From contig DASREB010000162.1 in assembly GCA_035652275.1 (NCBI GenBank), forward strand, positions 4,371-68,370: a stretch of DNA of 64,000 nt. Direction: 5' to 3'. The stretch is from Burkholderiales bacterium (GTDB taxonomy: Bacteria > Pseudomonadota > Gammaproteobacteria > Burkholderiales > SG8-39). The position numbers were made by a program, and so were the translations under genes. Each line of letters begins with the position of its first letter. Positions within the stretch are counted from its first letter, which is position 1. A model generated the notes under the pieces. That model did not search any database. It saw nothing but the letters and a program-made list of their open reading frames with translations, and had not been told where the DNA came from. Positions 18,856 to 27,569 of the stretch are shown in pieces.

Positions 18856-20022
18856 ATGGAGCGCATCCTCACAACCCACGTCGGCAGCCTGATCCGGCCG
18901 CCGGCGCTGCTCGAGTTCATCCGCGCGCGGCAGAAACGCGAGCCGTATGACCGCACGGCGTACGAGCGCTGCCTCGCGCAGTCGGTGAAAGAGGTGGTGC
19001 GCCGGCAGGTGGAACTCGGCATCGACATTCCGAGCGACGGCGAATTCGGCAAGAGCATCAGCTGGTCGCAGTACGCGCTCGAGCGGCTCTCGGGCTTCGA
19101 GCGCCGGCCGCTGACGCCGGGCGCGAATCCTTTCGCACGCGGCGCCGACCGCACGCGCTTCGCCGAGTTCTATGCCGAGCTCGACCACGCTGAAGGCGCA
19201 CCGACCAGCGCCGGTGCCAGCGCCGGACTGGTGGTGTGCGTCGCGCCGATCGAATACACCGGCGAGGAAGAGCTGCAGCGCGACATTGCCAACTTCAAGG
19301 CCGCGCTTGCCGCGGCGGGCGCGAAGCAGGGTTTTCTGCCGGTCGCCGCGCCGGCAAGCGTGATCCCCGACCGCCGCAACGAGTACTACTCGAGCGACGA
19401 GGAATGCGTGCGCGCCATCGGTCGCGCCATGCGCACTGAATACAAGGCGATCGTCGACGCGGGTTTGTACCTGCAGCTCGATGACGCACGCTTCGCCGTC
19501 ACCTACGACCGCATGGTGCCGCCCGCGAGCTTCGCCGATTACCGCCGCTGGGTCGAGATGCATGTCGAGGTGCTGAACGAAGCGCTCGCCGGCATCCCGG
19601 CGGAGCGCGTGCGCTATCACGTGTGCTGGGGCAGCTGGCCGGGACCGCACACGACAGATGTGCCCCTCAAGGATGTTGTTGACCTCATCCTGAAGGTGAA
19701 TGCCGGCGCCTATCTCATCGAGGGTGCGAACCCGCGCCACGAGCACGAATGGCGCGTATGGGAACGCGTCAAGCTGCCGGCGGGAAAGAAGCTCGTGCCG
19801 GGCGTCATCAGCCACGCGACCAACATCGTCGAGCATCCGGAGCTCGTCGCCGAACGGCTGGAGCGCATCGCGCGTCTCATCGGCCGCGAAAACGTGATGG
19901 CCGGCACCGACTGCGGCTTCGCGCAGGGCCCGTTCCACCGCCGCGTGCATCCGACCATCATGTGGGCAAAGCTGGAAGCGCTGGTCGCCGGCGCCCGCCT
20001 TGCGACAGACGAGCTTCACTGA
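18856..20022 (+). CDS. Cobalamin-independent methionine synthase II family (MetE C-terminal-like) protein
   Basis: [15 protein letters not shown]... and DGEFGK... pattern of the MetE-like/UROD-fold family. 388 aa. Confidence 0.8.
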   Translation: MERILTTHVGSLIRPPALLEFIRARQKREPYDRTAYERCLAQSVKEVVRRQVELGIDIPSDGEFGKSISWSQYALERLSGFERRPLTPGANPFARGADRTRFAEFYAELDHAEGAPTSAGASAGLVVCVAPIEYTGEEELQRDIANFKAALAAAGAKQGFLPVAAPASVIPDRRNEYYSSDEECVRAIGRAMRTEYKAIVDAGLYLQLDDARFAVTYDRMVPPASFADYRRWVEMHVEVLNEALAGIPAERVRYHVCWGSWPGPHTTDVPLKDVVDLILKVNAGAYLIEGANPRHEHEWRVWERVKLPAGKKLVPGVISHATNIVEHPELVAERLERIARLIGRENVMAGTDCGFAQGPFHRRVHPTIMWAKLEALVAGARLATDELH

Positions 20023-20032
20023 GGAGAGCGCC

Positions 20033-20236
20033 ATGAACCACGTTTACAAAACCATCGAGCTGACCGGATCTTCGCCGCAGGGACTCGAGCAGGCGATCGC
20101 CAACGCGATCGCCAAGGCGGCGAAGACCGTGCACAACCTGCGCTGGTTCCAGGTCACCGAGACGCGCGGCGAGATCGAAGGCGGCAAAGTCGCGCACTGG
20201 CAGGTGACGATGAAAGTCGGCTTTACGCTCGACTGA
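20033..20236 (+). CDS. Dodecin (flavin-binding) family protein
   Basis: [41 protein letters not shown]...W, 67 aa. GAGGAG SD upstream of ATG 20033. Confidence 0.8.
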   Translation: MNHVYKTIELTGSSPQGLEQAIANAIAKAAKTVHNLRWFQVTETRGEIEGGKVAHWQVTMKVGFTLD

Positions 20237-20239
20237 AGA

Positions 20240-21541
20240 ATGAAGGTCCTGGTCCTCGGCGCCGGCGTGAGCGGCGTCAGCTCCGCGTGGTACCTCGCAA
20301 AGAGCGGGCACGAAGTGACGGTCATCGACCGCCACGACGCCGCGGGCGAGGAGACTTCGTTCGCCAACGGCGGGCAGATCTCGGTGTCGCACGCGCAGCC
20401 GTGGGCCAACCCGCACCTGCCGGCCAAGATTCTGCGCTGGCTCGGACGCGAGGATGCGCCGCTCCTTTTCCGCCTGCGCGCCGATCTCGCGCAGTGGCGC
20501 TGGGGGCTCGCATTTCTGCGTGAATGCACGGCCGCGCGCTACGAGCAGAACACGCGCCAGCTCGTGACGCTCGGTCTCTACAGCCGCGCCAATCTCCAGG
20601 CGCTACGCAGCGAAACCGGCATCCAGTACGATCAGCTCGCTCGCGGCATCCTGCATTTCTACACCGACGAGCGCGAGCTCGACGCCGCCGCGCAGAGCGC
20701 GCGCGTCATGCGCGAGCTGGGCTGCGATGTCGAGATGGTGGACGCGCGTCGCTGCGTCGAAATCGAGCCCGCGCTGCGCGAGGTGCGGCTCGCCGGCGGC
20801 AGTTACTCGGCGACCGACGAGTCGGGCGACGCGCACAAGTTCACCCGCGCGCTCGCGGCGCTGGCAGAAGGCCGTGGGGTGCAGTTCCGCAGTGGCCGCG
20901 TTGCCGCGATCCAGGCGCAAGGCGAGCGCATCAGCGGCGTGCGGCTCGAAGGCGCGAGCGACTTGATGCGCGCCGACGCTTACCTGATATGCCTCGGCTC
21001 CTACAGCCCGCTGCACCTGCGGCCGCTCGGCATCCGGCTCGCGATCTATCCGCTGAAGGGCTATTCGGTCACGCTGCCGGTGGCGGACGCAGAGCGTGCG
21101 TATACCGTGTCGCTCACCGACGATCAGCGCAAGCTGGTGTTCTCGCGGCTCGGCGAGCGGCTGCGCATCGCTGGGACGGCCGAGCTCAACGGCTATAACA
21201 CCCAGCTCAACGAGGTGCGCTGCCGCGCGATCCTGCGCCGCACGCTCGAGCTTTTTCCCGGTGCCGGCGACCCCGAGCGGGTGCAGTACTGGACTGGCCT
21301 GCGGCCCGCGACGCCGTCGAATCTCCCCTACATCGGCGTCACGCGCTATCCGAATCTCTACCTCAATACCGGCCACGGCACGCTGGGATGGACCCACGCC
21401 TGCGGTAGTGGCCGCGCCATCGCCGACATCGTGAGCGGGCGCCGTCCGGAGATCGACTTTGCCTTTGCCGGTCTCTCCGCCGGCCGGCCTACGGCAGGCG
21501 CGCCGGGCGCCGCAACGCCGGCGCGGGTCCGCGCGCGTTAA
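20240..21541 (+). CDS. dadA: D-amino-acid dehydrogenase-like FAD oxidoreductase
   Basis: MKVLVLGAGVSGVSSAWYLAKSGHEVTVIDR...ETSFANGGQIS, typical DadA N-terminus. 433 aa. Confidence 0.8.
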   Translation: MKVLVLGAGVSGVSSAWYLAKSGHEVTVIDRHDAAGEETSFANGGQISVSHAQPWANPHLPAKILRWLGREDAPLLFRLRADLAQWRWGLAFLRECTAARYEQNTRQLVTLGLYSRANLQALRSETGIQYDQLARGILHFYTDERELDAAAQSARVMRELGCDVEMVDARRCVEIEPALREVRLAGGSYSATDESGDAHKFTRALAALAEGRGVQFRSGRVAAIQAQGERISGVRLEGASDLMRADAYLICLGSYSPLHLRPLGIRLAIYPLKGYSVTLPVADAERAYTVSLTDDQRKLVFSRLGERLRIAGTAELNGYNTQLNEVRCRAILRRTLELFPGAGDPERVQYWTGLRPATPSNLPYIGVTRYPNLYLNTGHGTLGWTHACGSGRAIADIVSGRRPEIDFAFAGLSAGRPTAGAPGAATPARVRAR

Positions 21542-21547
21542 TGCGCC

Positions 21548-21712
21548 ATGCTCGGCTGGGCGCTACGTTTCCTGATCGCCGCGCTCGTCGTCGTGCTGAT
21601 CGCGCATGGCGACATCGGCGAAGGCGCGTCCCTCATTCTTAAGATCGCGGTCGGCGTGCTGCTTGCGCTCTGTACCGTATCGCTGTTCGCAGCCGTCGGC
21701 CGCGATCGATAA
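21548..21712 (+). CDS. DUF1328/UPF0391-like small membrane protein (54 aa, below ORF-track cutoff)
   Basis: Manual translation gives MLGWALRFLIAALVVVLIAHGDIGEGASLILKIAVGVLLALCTVSLFAAVGRDR. Resembles the UPF0391 pattern (MLxWALxFL...G..G.A..IAKI...). Confidence 0.55.
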   Translation: MLGWALRFLIAALVVVLIAHGDIGEGASLILKIAVGVLLALCTVSLFAAVGRDR

Positions 21713-21741
21713 AAAAAAGCGGGCCGGCAGGCCCGCGTTTT
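21711..21741. terminator. Bidirectional intrinsic terminator
   Basis: A8-GCGGGCC-GGCA-GGCCCGC-G-TTTT between convergent genes (DUF1328-like + strand, EF-hand gene - strand). Confidence 0.7.
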
Positions 21742-21759
21742 ACATTAAGTCCGGGAAAG

Positions 21760-22104
21760 CTACTTCGACTTGCTCGAACCGGTGGCCGCGTTGCGGTCCT
21801 TGTCCTTGTTGCCCGCAACCTTGTCCTTGGCGCTCTTCAGGTCCTTCTTCGTCATCACCGTGAGGTACTCGGTGCGCGAGAGCTTGCCATCGCCGTTCTT
21901 GTCGGCCTCCTTGAAGCGCTTGGCGAGATACGGATTCTTCGCCGCCTCGGAGCGCGACAGGTAACCGTCGTTATTGGCGTCGAGCTTGTTGAAACCCGGG
22001 TCATTGTTCGCCTTGTCGGCCTTCGCCTTATCGGCAGCCAGCGCCGCACCCGTGCCGAGCGCAAGGCTTGAAACGCCGATCAGAAGCGTTTTCGCAAATT
22101 TCAT
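21760..22104 (-). CDS. Secreted EF-hand calcium-binding protein
   Basis: Signal peptide plus two EF loops (DANNDGYLSRSE, DKNGDGKLSRTE). Confidence 0.8.
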   Translation of the reverse strand: MKFAKTLLIGVSSLALGTGAALAADKAKADKANNDPGFNKLDANNDGYLSRSEAAKNPYLAKRFKEADKNGDGKLSRTEYLTVMTKKDLKSAKDKVAGNKDKDRNAATGSSKSK

Positions 22105-22181
22105 AAGTCCTCCAGTTTCCTGAGTGGAAGCAACAGGAGTGCTGCAGGATTCGTGCCGCGACCAGTGTCGGGGCAGCCCGG

Positions 22182-23033
22182 CTAGTAGCGCGGCGTCGCC
22201 CCGCAGTTCACGAGGTCCTGGTCGGACATCACCGGCTTGATGTCGCAGGGCCCGGTCGGCTTGAGCGCCGGACGCGGCGGCTCGAGCTGCGCCCGGGCCT
22301 GCTGCGCCCGCGCCGGTACCGGCGCCTCTTTCATCATGCGCGGCTCCTGCGGCTCGACGACCTGCAAGCCGGGCGTGACCGGTTCCTCGGCCGCCTTCGC
22401 CGGCTGCTCAACTGCGGCCGGCGCCGGCGCTTCCGCCGCGGGCGCTCGAGTGGGGGACTCTGCCGCGGGGGCACTTGCCGCCGGAGCGCTTGGCGGCTCC
22501 GTGGTCGCGGCCGGCGCATCGGCCGGTGCTGAAGACTCGGCGGGCGCCTGTGTCACGGCGGCCGCGGGCTCGGGCGATTCCTGCACCGCTGTCGGTGGCG
22601 TCACCGGCGATGCCGTGGCGATCTGTGCCGGCTGCCCGACGAAGGCGATGTTGTCGCGGTCGAGATCGTATTGCAGGACGAGCGTCGTGTCGCCGGCCTC
22701 GAGGGCGAAAATCGGCTTGCCCGGCGTCGCGATAGTCTGCGACTTCAGCACCTCGTCGCGGATCGCCGGCCGCACCTGCAGGAGCTTGCCGCGCGTAAGG
22801 TTGACGAGCGCCTGGTACAGCGTGCGACTGTTCGCGTCCGCGGGGAGCGCGAGGCGCTGGCGCAGCTCCGGCTGCACCACGACGTCATCGCTGAGGATCA
22901 TCGGCGCCGCGCCGGTCATGAAGGCGCTCGTGATGTACGTGCGCGCCTGCTGCTCGGAGCTCTTGGTGGTCGGCTGTTGCGCGAGCGCCGGAAACGCGGC
23001 GAGCGCGAGGAGAAGCAGAATTGTTTTTGTCAT
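22182..23033 (-). CDS. Hypothetical secreted protein with Pro/Ala-rich linker and C-terminal Cys pair
   Basis: Start set at MTKTILLLLALAAFPALAQ (ATG 23033), which overlaps the selO stop as ATGA. About 90-aa P/A/E-rich low-complexity region. C-terminal GPCDIKPVMSDQDLVNCG. Confidence 0.6.
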   Translation of the reverse strand: MTKTILLLLALAAFPALAQQPTTKSSEQQARTYITSAFMTGAAPMILSDDVVVQPELRQRLALPADANSRTLYQALVNLTRGKLLQVRPAIRDEVLKSQTIATPGKPIFALEAGDTTLVLQYDLDRDNIAFVGQPAQIATASPVTPPTAVQESPEPAAAVTQAPAESSAPADAPAATTEPPSAPAASAPAAESPTRAPAAEAPAPAAVEQPAKAAEEPVTPGLQVVEPQEPRMMKEAPVPARAQQARAQLEPPRPALKPTGPCDIKPVMSDQDLVNCGATPRY

Positions 23034-24592
23034 GAGCTGCACGATAGCGCAGAACAGCCCGGCTTGCTGCGCGCCCAGTCGGGCCTGCGTGCGGCAAATT
23101 CCTCATTTTCCGGCTGCTCGTCGAAGGGTTGGGCCAGCACGCGCATCAGGCGCTCGAGCGGCAGCGCGTCGCCCGCCTCGAGGGCATCGATCGCCTGCTG
23201 CGCGAGATAGTTCCGGAAGACGTACTTCGGGTTGACGCCCGCCATGCGGCGCGAGCGCTCCGGGCCTTCGGCAGCGGCACGCGCCACATAGCGAGGAAGC
23301 CACGCCGCCAGACGCTGGTGCGACGCCTGCGCATCGTAGAACGCCGGCGCGAGGGGCGCGAGCAGCGCTTCTGCATTGCCGTCGAGCGGCACCGCTGCGA
23401 GGCGGCGGAAGAAAATCGTGAAATCCGTCTCGGTTTCCGTGAGGCCGACGAGCAGTTCGCGCGCGAGCTCCTCGTCCCCGGGCTGCTGCGACGCAAGCCC
23501 GAGCTTCGCCGCCAGTGCGCCGCGCCAGCCCTCGTTGAAGGTGTCGGCGTAGAGGTTCAGTCCTTCTTCGAGCGCCTCGCGGTCGATGAGCGGCAGGAGC
23601 GCCTCAGCGAGCCGCGCGAGGTTCCACTGTGCGATGGCCGGCTGGTTGCCGTAGCAGTAGCGCCGCCCGGGAAGGTCGGTCGTGTTCGGGGTCCACATCG
23701 CGTCGTAGCCCTCGAGCCAGCCGTAGGGCCCGTAGTCGATGGTGAGGCCGAGGACCGACAGGTTGTCGGTGTTCATCACGCCGTGAACGAAGCCTAGCCG
23801 CATCCAGTCGACCATCAGCGCCGCGGTCCGGCGGCACACCTGGTGGAACCAGCTCGCGTACGAATGCCCCGGAAAATGATGACGTATGACGTAGTCGGCG
23901 AGCCGCTTGAGCGCATCGAGCTCGTTGTTCGCCGCGAAGATCTGGAAATTGCCGAAGCGCACGAACGAGGGCGCGACGCGGCACACGATTGCACCGGGCT
24001 CGGCGCGCGGGTGGCCGTCGTAGAACATGTCGCGGATCACCGCTTCGCCGGTGGCGACAAGCGAAAGCGCGCGTGTCGTCGGCACCCCAAGATGGAACAT
24101 CGCCTCGCTGCAGACGAATTCGCGCAGCGACGAGCGCAGCACCGCGCGGCCGTCGGCCGTGCGCGAGTACGGGGTCTTGCCGGCGCCTTTCAGCTGCAGC
24201 TCCTGGCGCGAGCCGTCGGTCGCGATCAATTCCGCAAGCGTAATGGCGCGCCCGTCCCCCAGCTGGCCGGCCCAGTGGCCGAACTGGTGGCCGCCGTAGC
24301 GCGCGGCGTAAGGCTCCATGCCGGGCAGCACGCGATTGCCCGCCAGCACTTCAACGCCGAGCACGCTCGGCCGCGCGAGGCCGAGCAGCTCGCCGAGCGC
24401 ATCGGACCATGCGAGCAGGCGCGGCATCGCGACTGCGGTGGGTGCAACGCGCGTGTAGCAGGCGTTCGCCACCTGGCGCGGCATGTTGACGAGCACCGGA
24501 TCGCCCGGCAGCTCGTCGACGAAGGTGTTCTGGAACCTGGCGGCCGCGAGATCGGTCGATGCGGGGCGGCGTTTTGCAGCGGCGAGAGCCAT
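23030..24592 (-). CDS. selO: Protein adenylyltransferase SelO (YdiU)
   Basis: 520 aa. YGGHQFGHWAGQLGDGRAI and GVMNTDNLSVLGLTIDYGPYGW signature of SelO pseudokinase-fold AMPylases. Confidence 0.9.
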   Translation of the reverse strand: MALAAAKRRPASTDLAAARFQNTFVDELPGDPVLVNMPRQVANACYTRVAPTAVAMPRLLAWSDALGELLGLARPSVLGVEVLAGNRVLPGMEPYAARYGGHQFGHWAGQLGDGRAITLAELIATDGSRQELQLKGAGKTPYSRTADGRAVLRSSLREFVCSEAMFHLGVPTTRALSLVATGEAVIRDMFYDGHPRAEPGAIVCRVAPSFVRFGNFQIFAANNELDALKRLADYVIRHHFPGHSYASWFHQVCRRTAALMVDWMRLGFVHGVMNTDNLSVLGLTIDYGPYGWLEGYDAMWTPNTTDLPGRRYCYGNQPAIAQWNLARLAEALLPLIDREALEEGLNLYADTFNEGWRGALAAKLGLASQQPGDEELARELLVGLTETETDFTIFFRRLAAVPLDGNAEALLAPLAPAFYDAQASHQRLAAWLPRYVARAAAEGPERSRRMAGVNPKYVFRNYLAQQAIDALEAGDALPLERLMRVLAQPFDEQPENEEFAARRPDWARSKPGCSALSCSS

Positions 24593-24637
24593 GGCCGATT
24601 ATCGCTCGGCGCAAGGGCCCAAAAACAAAGTTACGCT

Positions 24638-24850
24638 CTAGAGGACGCTATCCAGGCGGGCGAGCAGCTCGCCCATGCGCTCGGCGCTCGGCCGCTCGAC
24701 TCCGGCGATCCAGTGGTAGACCTCGCGCGGCTCGGCGTTCAGCAGCACCGCCAGCGCATAGAGCGTGCCCATGCTGCGCGAGGCGCGGACGAGGAGGTTG
24801 GCAAATTCGTTCATCGGCAAGGCCAATGTAGCGGCGGCGGGCGACACCAT
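24638..24850 (-). CDS. Hypothetical small protein, possible Cro/YdaS-like HTH
   Basis: GTLYALAVLLNAEPREVYHWIAGVERPS resembles a helix-turn-helix of small Cro-like regulators. No clear SD for either ATG (24850 or 24814). Confidence 0.35.
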   Translation of the reverse strand: MVSPAAATLALPMNEFANLLVRASRSMGTLYALAVLLNAEPREVYHWIAGVERPSAERMGELLARLDSVL

Positions 24851-24892
24851 GCTAAGAAATGGTCAGGACCGGCCGCTGCTGCCCTCTAGCGC

Positions 24893-24908
24893 GGTGCGCT
24901 AGCGCACC
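24893..24908. promoter_or_regulatory. Perfect 16-bp palindrome GGTGCGCTAGCGCACC
   Basis: Read directly. Lies 43 nt upstream of ATG 24850 on the minus strand and about 100 nt downstream of the recQ-like stop. Candidate operator or RNA hairpin. Confidence 0.3.
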
Positions 24909-25004
24909 TGCCCCAGCAACCAGCGGCAAATGCGCTCATTTCCATACGCCGTGCGCGCCGAGCCGACGTGATGTTTGCCCTCGTCATCCAGGATGTGCCT
25001 CGCC

Positions 25005-26591
25005 TCAGCGGCGGCGGCCGCGAGCGGGCAACGAAGCAGCAATGGCTGCGCGGCGCAACGGCCGCACGTAGCCACTCAAGAACTGGCGCCGCGAGCCGTC
25101 GGCAAACTCGACTTCGACCTGCTCGCCGCGCACCGCGCGCACGCGGCCCTCGCCGAAACGACGCAACCTCACCGCCTCGCCGGGACGCAGCGCCGGCTTC
25201 GCGGCCGGCTTCAGCGCGAGCGCCGGCGCCTCGGCCGGGACGGTGCGCGTGCAGTTGTCGCAATGGCCGCAGGACTCCCATGGCGGCGTGAGGGCGAAAT
25301 AATCGAGGATCGCGCGCCAGCGGCATTTGGCCGACTGCGCATATGCCGTCATGCGCTCGAGCTTGCGGCGGTCGGTCTCGGCCTTGTCGGCATAGGCAAG
25401 CGCCAGTCTGGCGAAGCCGCGCTCATTCGCGACGCGCGCCTGTCGCAGCAACGCGCGCGCCGCGCGCACCACCGTTTCCGGCAAGTCGGTTCTTTGGCCG
25501 GCGTGGATCGCGCGAAGCTCCTTGGCCGTCGGCAGGCGGCCGCTCGTAAGAAAAGCCTGCACGCTGCGGTCGGCGTGGTTGTAGAGCAGCGTGCACTGCG
25601 CCTCTTCACCGTCGCGCCCGGCGCGCCCGGACTCCTGGTAGTACGCCTCGATGCTGCCCGGCACCTGGTAGTGCACGATGGCGCGGATATCGGGCTTGTC
25701 GACGCCCATGCCGAAGGCGTTGGTCGCGACCATGAGCAGCGCTTTGCCGCTCATGAAAGCGTCCTGGCGCTCGGCTCTTGCCTTGGCGGCGACCTGCCCA
25801 TGGTAGAGGAGCGCCTTTCTGCGGGAGGCGAGCAGGAAGGCGTGTGCCTCCTTCGCTGCCTTGACGGTGGCGCAATAGACGATCGCCGAGCCGCGCGCGC
25901 GGCGCAGGCAGGCGAGAAGCGCCGCGCGATGCTCTTTGTCGTTCGTCACCTGCTGCACCGCGTAGCGCAAATTGGGGCGGTACATGCCGGTGTTCACGAG
26001 CCGCATCTTCGGGCGCTCGAGGTGTCGGCGGATGTCCTCGACCACGTCCGCGGTCGCCGTTGCGGTGAGCGCGAGAAGCGTCGGCTTGCCGAGCCGGCCG
26101 AGGGAGGCGGCGATCTCGAGATACGCGGGGCGAAAGTCCGGACCCCAATGGGAAATGCAATGCGCCTCGTCGACCACGGCGAGCGCGATCTTCTGACCCC
26201 GCAGGAGCTCGACGAAGTGGTTGTTGGAAAGCCGCTCGGGCGTGGTGTAGATAAGCTGCGCCTTCTGCGCCTTGATCTCGGCGATGAGCCGCGCCTCCTC
26301 GCGGGCCGACAGGCTGCTATTCAGCGCCGCGGCGCGCACGCCGCGCTCGCGCGCCTTATCGGCCTGATCCTTCATGAGCGAGATCAGCGGCGAGATGATG
26401 AGCGTGGCGCCGCGCAGGCAGAGCGCCGGCACCTGATAGCAGAGCGATTTGCCGGCGCCGCTCGGCATGATGGCGAGCGTGTCGCGTCCGGCGAGGACAT
26501 TCTCGATGACCTGGTGCTGGCCGGGACGCCAGACGCGCACGCCAAATGTGCGCATGGCCCGGGCGAGGGCGCCTTGCTTTGCTCTCTTCAC
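25005..26591 (-). CDS. RecQ-family ATP-dependent DNA helicase (short form, no HRDC)
   Basis: PSGAGKSLCYQ (Walker A), VVDEAHCISHWG (DEAH), Zn-binding CGHCDNC, then a short Tudor/SH3-like tail (GEAVRLRRFGEGRVRAVRGEQVEVEF). Confidence 0.9.
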   Translation of the reverse strand: MKRAKQGALARAMRTFGVRVWRPGQHQVIENVLAGRDTLAIMPSGAGKSLCYQVPALCLRGATLIISPLISLMKDQADKARERGVRAAALNSSLSAREEARLIAEIKAQKAQLIYTTPERLSNNHFVELLRGQKIALAVVDEAHCISHWGPDFRPAYLEIAASLGRLGKPTLLALTATATADVVEDIRRHLERPKMRLVNTGMYRPNLRYAVQQVTNDKEHRAALLACLRRARGSAIVYCATVKAAKEAHAFLLASRRKALLYHGQVAAKARAERQDAFMSGKALLMVATNAFGMGVDKPDIRAIVHYQVPGSIEAYYQESGRAGRDGEEAQCTLLYNHADRSVQAFLTSGRLPTAKELRAIHAGQRTDLPETVVRAARALLRQARVANERGFARLALAYADKAETDRRKLERMTAYAQSAKCRWRAILDYFALTPPWESCGHCDNCTRTVPAEAPALALKPAAKPALRPGEAVRLRRFGEGRVRAVRGEQVEVEFADGSRRQFLSGYVRPLRRAAIAASLPARGRRR

Positions 26592-26600
26592 GCGCAGCCG

Positions 26601-27557
26601 CTATTCCGGCTTGATGTTGGCCGCGCGAATCACGCGCGCCCACTTGTCGACCTCGCGCTCGAGGTACTGGCCGAACTGCTCGGGCGGGCCGCCGACCGGC
26701 GGGCTCGCAAGCGCGAGCAGCCGCTCGCGCACCTCCGGCATCGCCAGGCTCTTCTGCCCGGCGGCGTTCAGCGCGTTGATGAGCGCCGGCGGCGTGCCGG
26801 CGGGCGCCACCAGGCCGAGGAAGCCGCCCGCCTCAAATCCCGGCACGCCGGACTCCGCGATGGTCGGCACCTCGGGCAGACCTTCGAAGCGCTTCGCCGA
26901 CGCGATGCCGAGCGCTTTCAGCTTGCCGGACTTGATGTGCGGCAAGAGCGCGGCGACGTCGGCGAACATGACGTTCACCTGCCCGCCGAGCAGATCGTTT
27001 ACCGCGGGCGCCGCGCCCTTGTACGGCACATGCAGCAGGTCGACGTGCGCCATGAGCTTGAAGAGCTCTGCGGTGAGGTGCGCCGAGCTGCCCGGCCCAT
27101 AGGACGCATAGGTGATGGCGCCGGGCCTTGCTCTTGCGAGCGCGAGCAGCTCCTGCACGTTGTTGGCCGGCAGCGACGGATGCGCGGCGAGCAGATGGTT
27201 GTTCACGACCATCAACACCACGGGTGTGAAGTCGCGCGACAGATCCCAGGACAGATTCTTGAATAGCGTGGTGTTGATCGCGGTCGAGGCGCTCGCCACG
27301 AGCAGTGTGTAGCCGTCCGCCGGCGACTTCGCCACCACCTCGGTGCCGATGTTGCCGCCGGCGCCGGCGCGGTTCTCGATGATGAACGGCTGGCCGAGGA
27401 TCTCGGCCATTTTCGGCGTCACGGTGCGCGCGACGATGTCCGTGCCGCCGCCCGGCGGGAACGGCACCACGACGCGGATCGGCTTCGATGGAAAGCTCTG
27501 TGCCAGCGCGCCGTTGGCGAGGACCAGCGCGGCGGCGAAAAGACATTGCTTCAGCAC
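26601..27557 (-). CDS. Bug/TctC-family substrate-binding protein (orphan)
   Basis: Signal peptide, then FPSKPIRVVVPFPPGGGTDIVAR...ENRAGAGGNIG. Confidence 0.9.
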   Translation of the reverse strand: MLKQCLFAAALVLANGALAQSFPSKPIRVVVPFPPGGGTDIVARTVTPKMAEILGQPFIIENRAGAGGNIGTEVVAKSPADGYTLLVASASTAINTTLFKNLSWDLSRDFTPVVLMVVNNHLLAAHPSLPANNVQELLALARARPGAITYASYGPGSSAHLTAELFKLMAHVDLLHVPYKGAAPAVNDLLGGQVNVMFADVAALLPHIKSGKLKALGIASAKRFEGLPEVPTIAESGVPGFEAGGFLGLVAPAGTPPALINALNAAGQKSLAMPEVRERLLALASPPVGGPPEQFGQYLEREVDKWARVIRAANIKPE

Positions 27558-27569
27558 TGCGCAAACCTC

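Noticed and set aside
18616-20034. 472-aa minus-strand ORF opposite the MetE-like gene
   Set aside because: Antisense artefact with no motifs. The plus-strand gene has a conserved family pattern.
22330-22640. Possible tandem-repeat/VNTR DNA in the Pro/Ala-rich region of the secreted protein
   Set aside because: This is compositional low complexity (GCC/GCG/CCG-rich) without an exact repeating unit that I could phase.
24975-27266. 763-aa plus-strand ORF opposite the RecQ-family and Bug genes
   Set aside because: Antisense artefact. It has no recognisable domains, whereas the opposite strand carries DEAH-helicase and Bug signatures.
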